Positions 23,492-24,418 of a stretch of DNA of 24,418 nucleotides are shown here, piece after piece (within the stretch, counting starts at the first letter, position 1; each line of letters starts with the position of its first letter). This stretch comes from a virus (Duplodnaviria > Caudoviricetes): the IMG/VR virus record IMGVR_UViG_3300017913_000109, positions 1-24,418 of that record. One strand, written 5' to 3'. Both the position numbers and the translations under genes were made by a program. The notes beneath the pieces were generated by a model, which was given only the letters and a program-made list of their open reading frames with translations, was not told the origin of the DNA and did not search any database.

Positions 23492-24418
23492 GCCCTCAGT
23501 CTCTTGGCTGGGGGTTTTTTCTGCTTCCTTGATACACAAGCCAATACGCATTGCGATCTGCGGAACAATCGCATTTCCTAATCCTTTAAGTCTGTCCACC
23601 CTTCTGGGTATCCCATTAGCCACTCTACCCACTGCGGGTTCAGGCTTCCAACGCGCTGCGGCTCCGATCTCTTTGCCACCACTCCCAACTGAGTGTTCTG
23701 CCTCTCGTTCCGATACAAATTCATGTTCTCGCCACTGTCCTTGTAGTCTCGCGCTGTTGGTGTGGGCCACATCGTCCGCGCTACCACTTCCTCTAGGTTT
23801 CCGTAGTCGTCTGCTCTTTTCGCTAACTTTGGCGTTAGATTTGCTGCCATTGCTGACGATGCGCGAGGCGTTGGCCACATCCTCACGTCTGTTCTCAGGC
23901 TCTTTCCTTGGTTGCCCCCTGTCGTTCCTTGACTGTCGGCTGCTGATGGCGTTGCCCACATTTCTGGCGATGATCCAAACTCTGTCTCGTCTGTGAGGTG
24001 CGTCAACGGCACAAGCTGGAACAACGAATGCCCTTGAGGCGTAGCCTTCCCCTTCCAGGTCAGATAACACTTCGCTGAGCCCCATAGTGACGTGCCCATA
24101 AACATTTTCGTAAACGCACCAAGTGGGTCGTTTGGCTTTAACAATGGAAAGAATGTATGGCCAGATATGTCTGTCATCTTCACGGCCTCTGCGCTCCCCG
24201 GCAAGTGAAAATGGTTGGCATGGGTATCCTGCTGTGAGGATGTCGCAGTCTGGAACAAGTCCATCTGGGTCATTTGCTAACTCCTTAACGTCTTTTGCAA
24301 TCGGCACATCAGGCCAATGCTTTGCAAGTATCTTACGCGACCATTCTTCAATATCACAAAACAAAACAGGAGAACTTAACCCTGCCCACTCAAAGCCAAG
24401 AGAAAAGCCACCTATTCC
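23477..24418 (-). CDS. C5-cytosine DNA methyltransferase, catalytic (alpha-like) chain; 5' end outside the window
   Basis: Frame is open to the window edge. GIGGFSLG (motif I), GYPCQPFS (IV), ENV (VI), HRRDRVWI (VIII), LGNAIVPQ (X); no recognisable motif IX. Confidence 0.92.
   Translation of the reverse strand, partial: GIGGFSLGFEWAGLSSPVLFCDIEEWSRKILAKHWPDVPIAKDVKELANDPDGLVPDCDILTAGYPCQPFSLAGERRGREDDRHIWPYILSIVKAKRPTWCVYENVYGHVTMGLSEVLSDLEGEGYASRAFVVPACAVDAPHRRDRVWIIARNVGNAISSRQSRNDRGQPRKEPENRREDVANASRIVSNGSKSNAKVSEKSRRLRKPRGSGSADDVAHTNSARLQGQWREHEFVSEREAEHSVGSGGKEIGAAARWKPEPAVGRVANGIPRRVDRLKGLGNAIVPQIAMRIGLCIKEAEKTPSQETEGFSNK
23489..23520 (+). terminator. Plus-strand (antisense) intrinsic terminator inside the methyltransferase 3' end
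   Basis: GCCCUCAGUC-UCUU-GGCUGGGGGU then a U-run; three G-U pairs form only on the plus strand. Confidence 0.6.
23578..24273 (-). CDS. Nested +1-frame ORF: putative second (beta-like) chain of the methyltransferase
   Basis: TAAGGAG 7 nt before ATG 24273; three MW(P/A)TP.A modules; C-terminal LNPQWVEWLMGYPEGWTD is motif IX-like. Confidence 0.8.
   Translation of the reverse strand: MTQMDLFQTATSSQQDTHANHFHLPGSAEAVKMTDISGHTFFPLLKPNDPLGAFTKMFMGTSLWGSAKCYLTWKGKATPQGHSLFQLVPLTHLTDETEFGSSPEMWATPSAADSQGTTGGNQGKSLRTDVRMWPTPRASSAMAANLTPKLAKRADDYGNLEEVVARTMWPTPTARDYKDSGENMNLYRNERQNTQLGVVAKRSEPQRVGSLNPQWVEWLMGYPEGWTDLKD

Noticed and set aside
224-23996. Plus-strand ORFs in the track (e.g. 1476..1910, 5344..5862, 8046..8513, 13442..13825, 22239..22592, 23484..23996)
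   Set aside because: Antisense shadows of well-supported minus-strand genes, with no recognisable motifs.

Overview
A 24.4-kb segment of a tailed dsDNA phage (podovirus-like morphogenesis genes, probably from a marine alphaproteobacterial host, which is inference). Essentially all genes lie on the minus strand. In transcription order, right to left: a 5'-truncated C5-cytosine DNA methyltransferase, a lambda-O-like replication initiator with internal iterons, a putative loader, a moron-like gene among structured non-coding elements, terS/terL, tiny Lys-rich ORFs, adaptor/tail-fibre/nozzle genes, ejection proteins (one with a lytic-transglycosylase-like domain), portal, scaffold, major capsid, and a membrane-protein-rich lysis region ending in a truncated M15 peptidase endolysin. 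Three features stand out. (1) The methyltransferase is dual-coded: a nested +1-frame ORF with its own Shine-Dalgarno (SD) supplies the missing motif IX and three tandem MW(P/A)TP modules. (2) Three minus-strand structured RNAs at 21627-22262 carry anti-SD (CUCC/CUCCCUCCC) tracts and end in intrinsic terminators; one has its own promoter. (3) Four tightly packed microproteins of 17-46 aa sit behind an SD-occluding hairpin. Product calls rest on motif recognition and synteny only; no searches were run.
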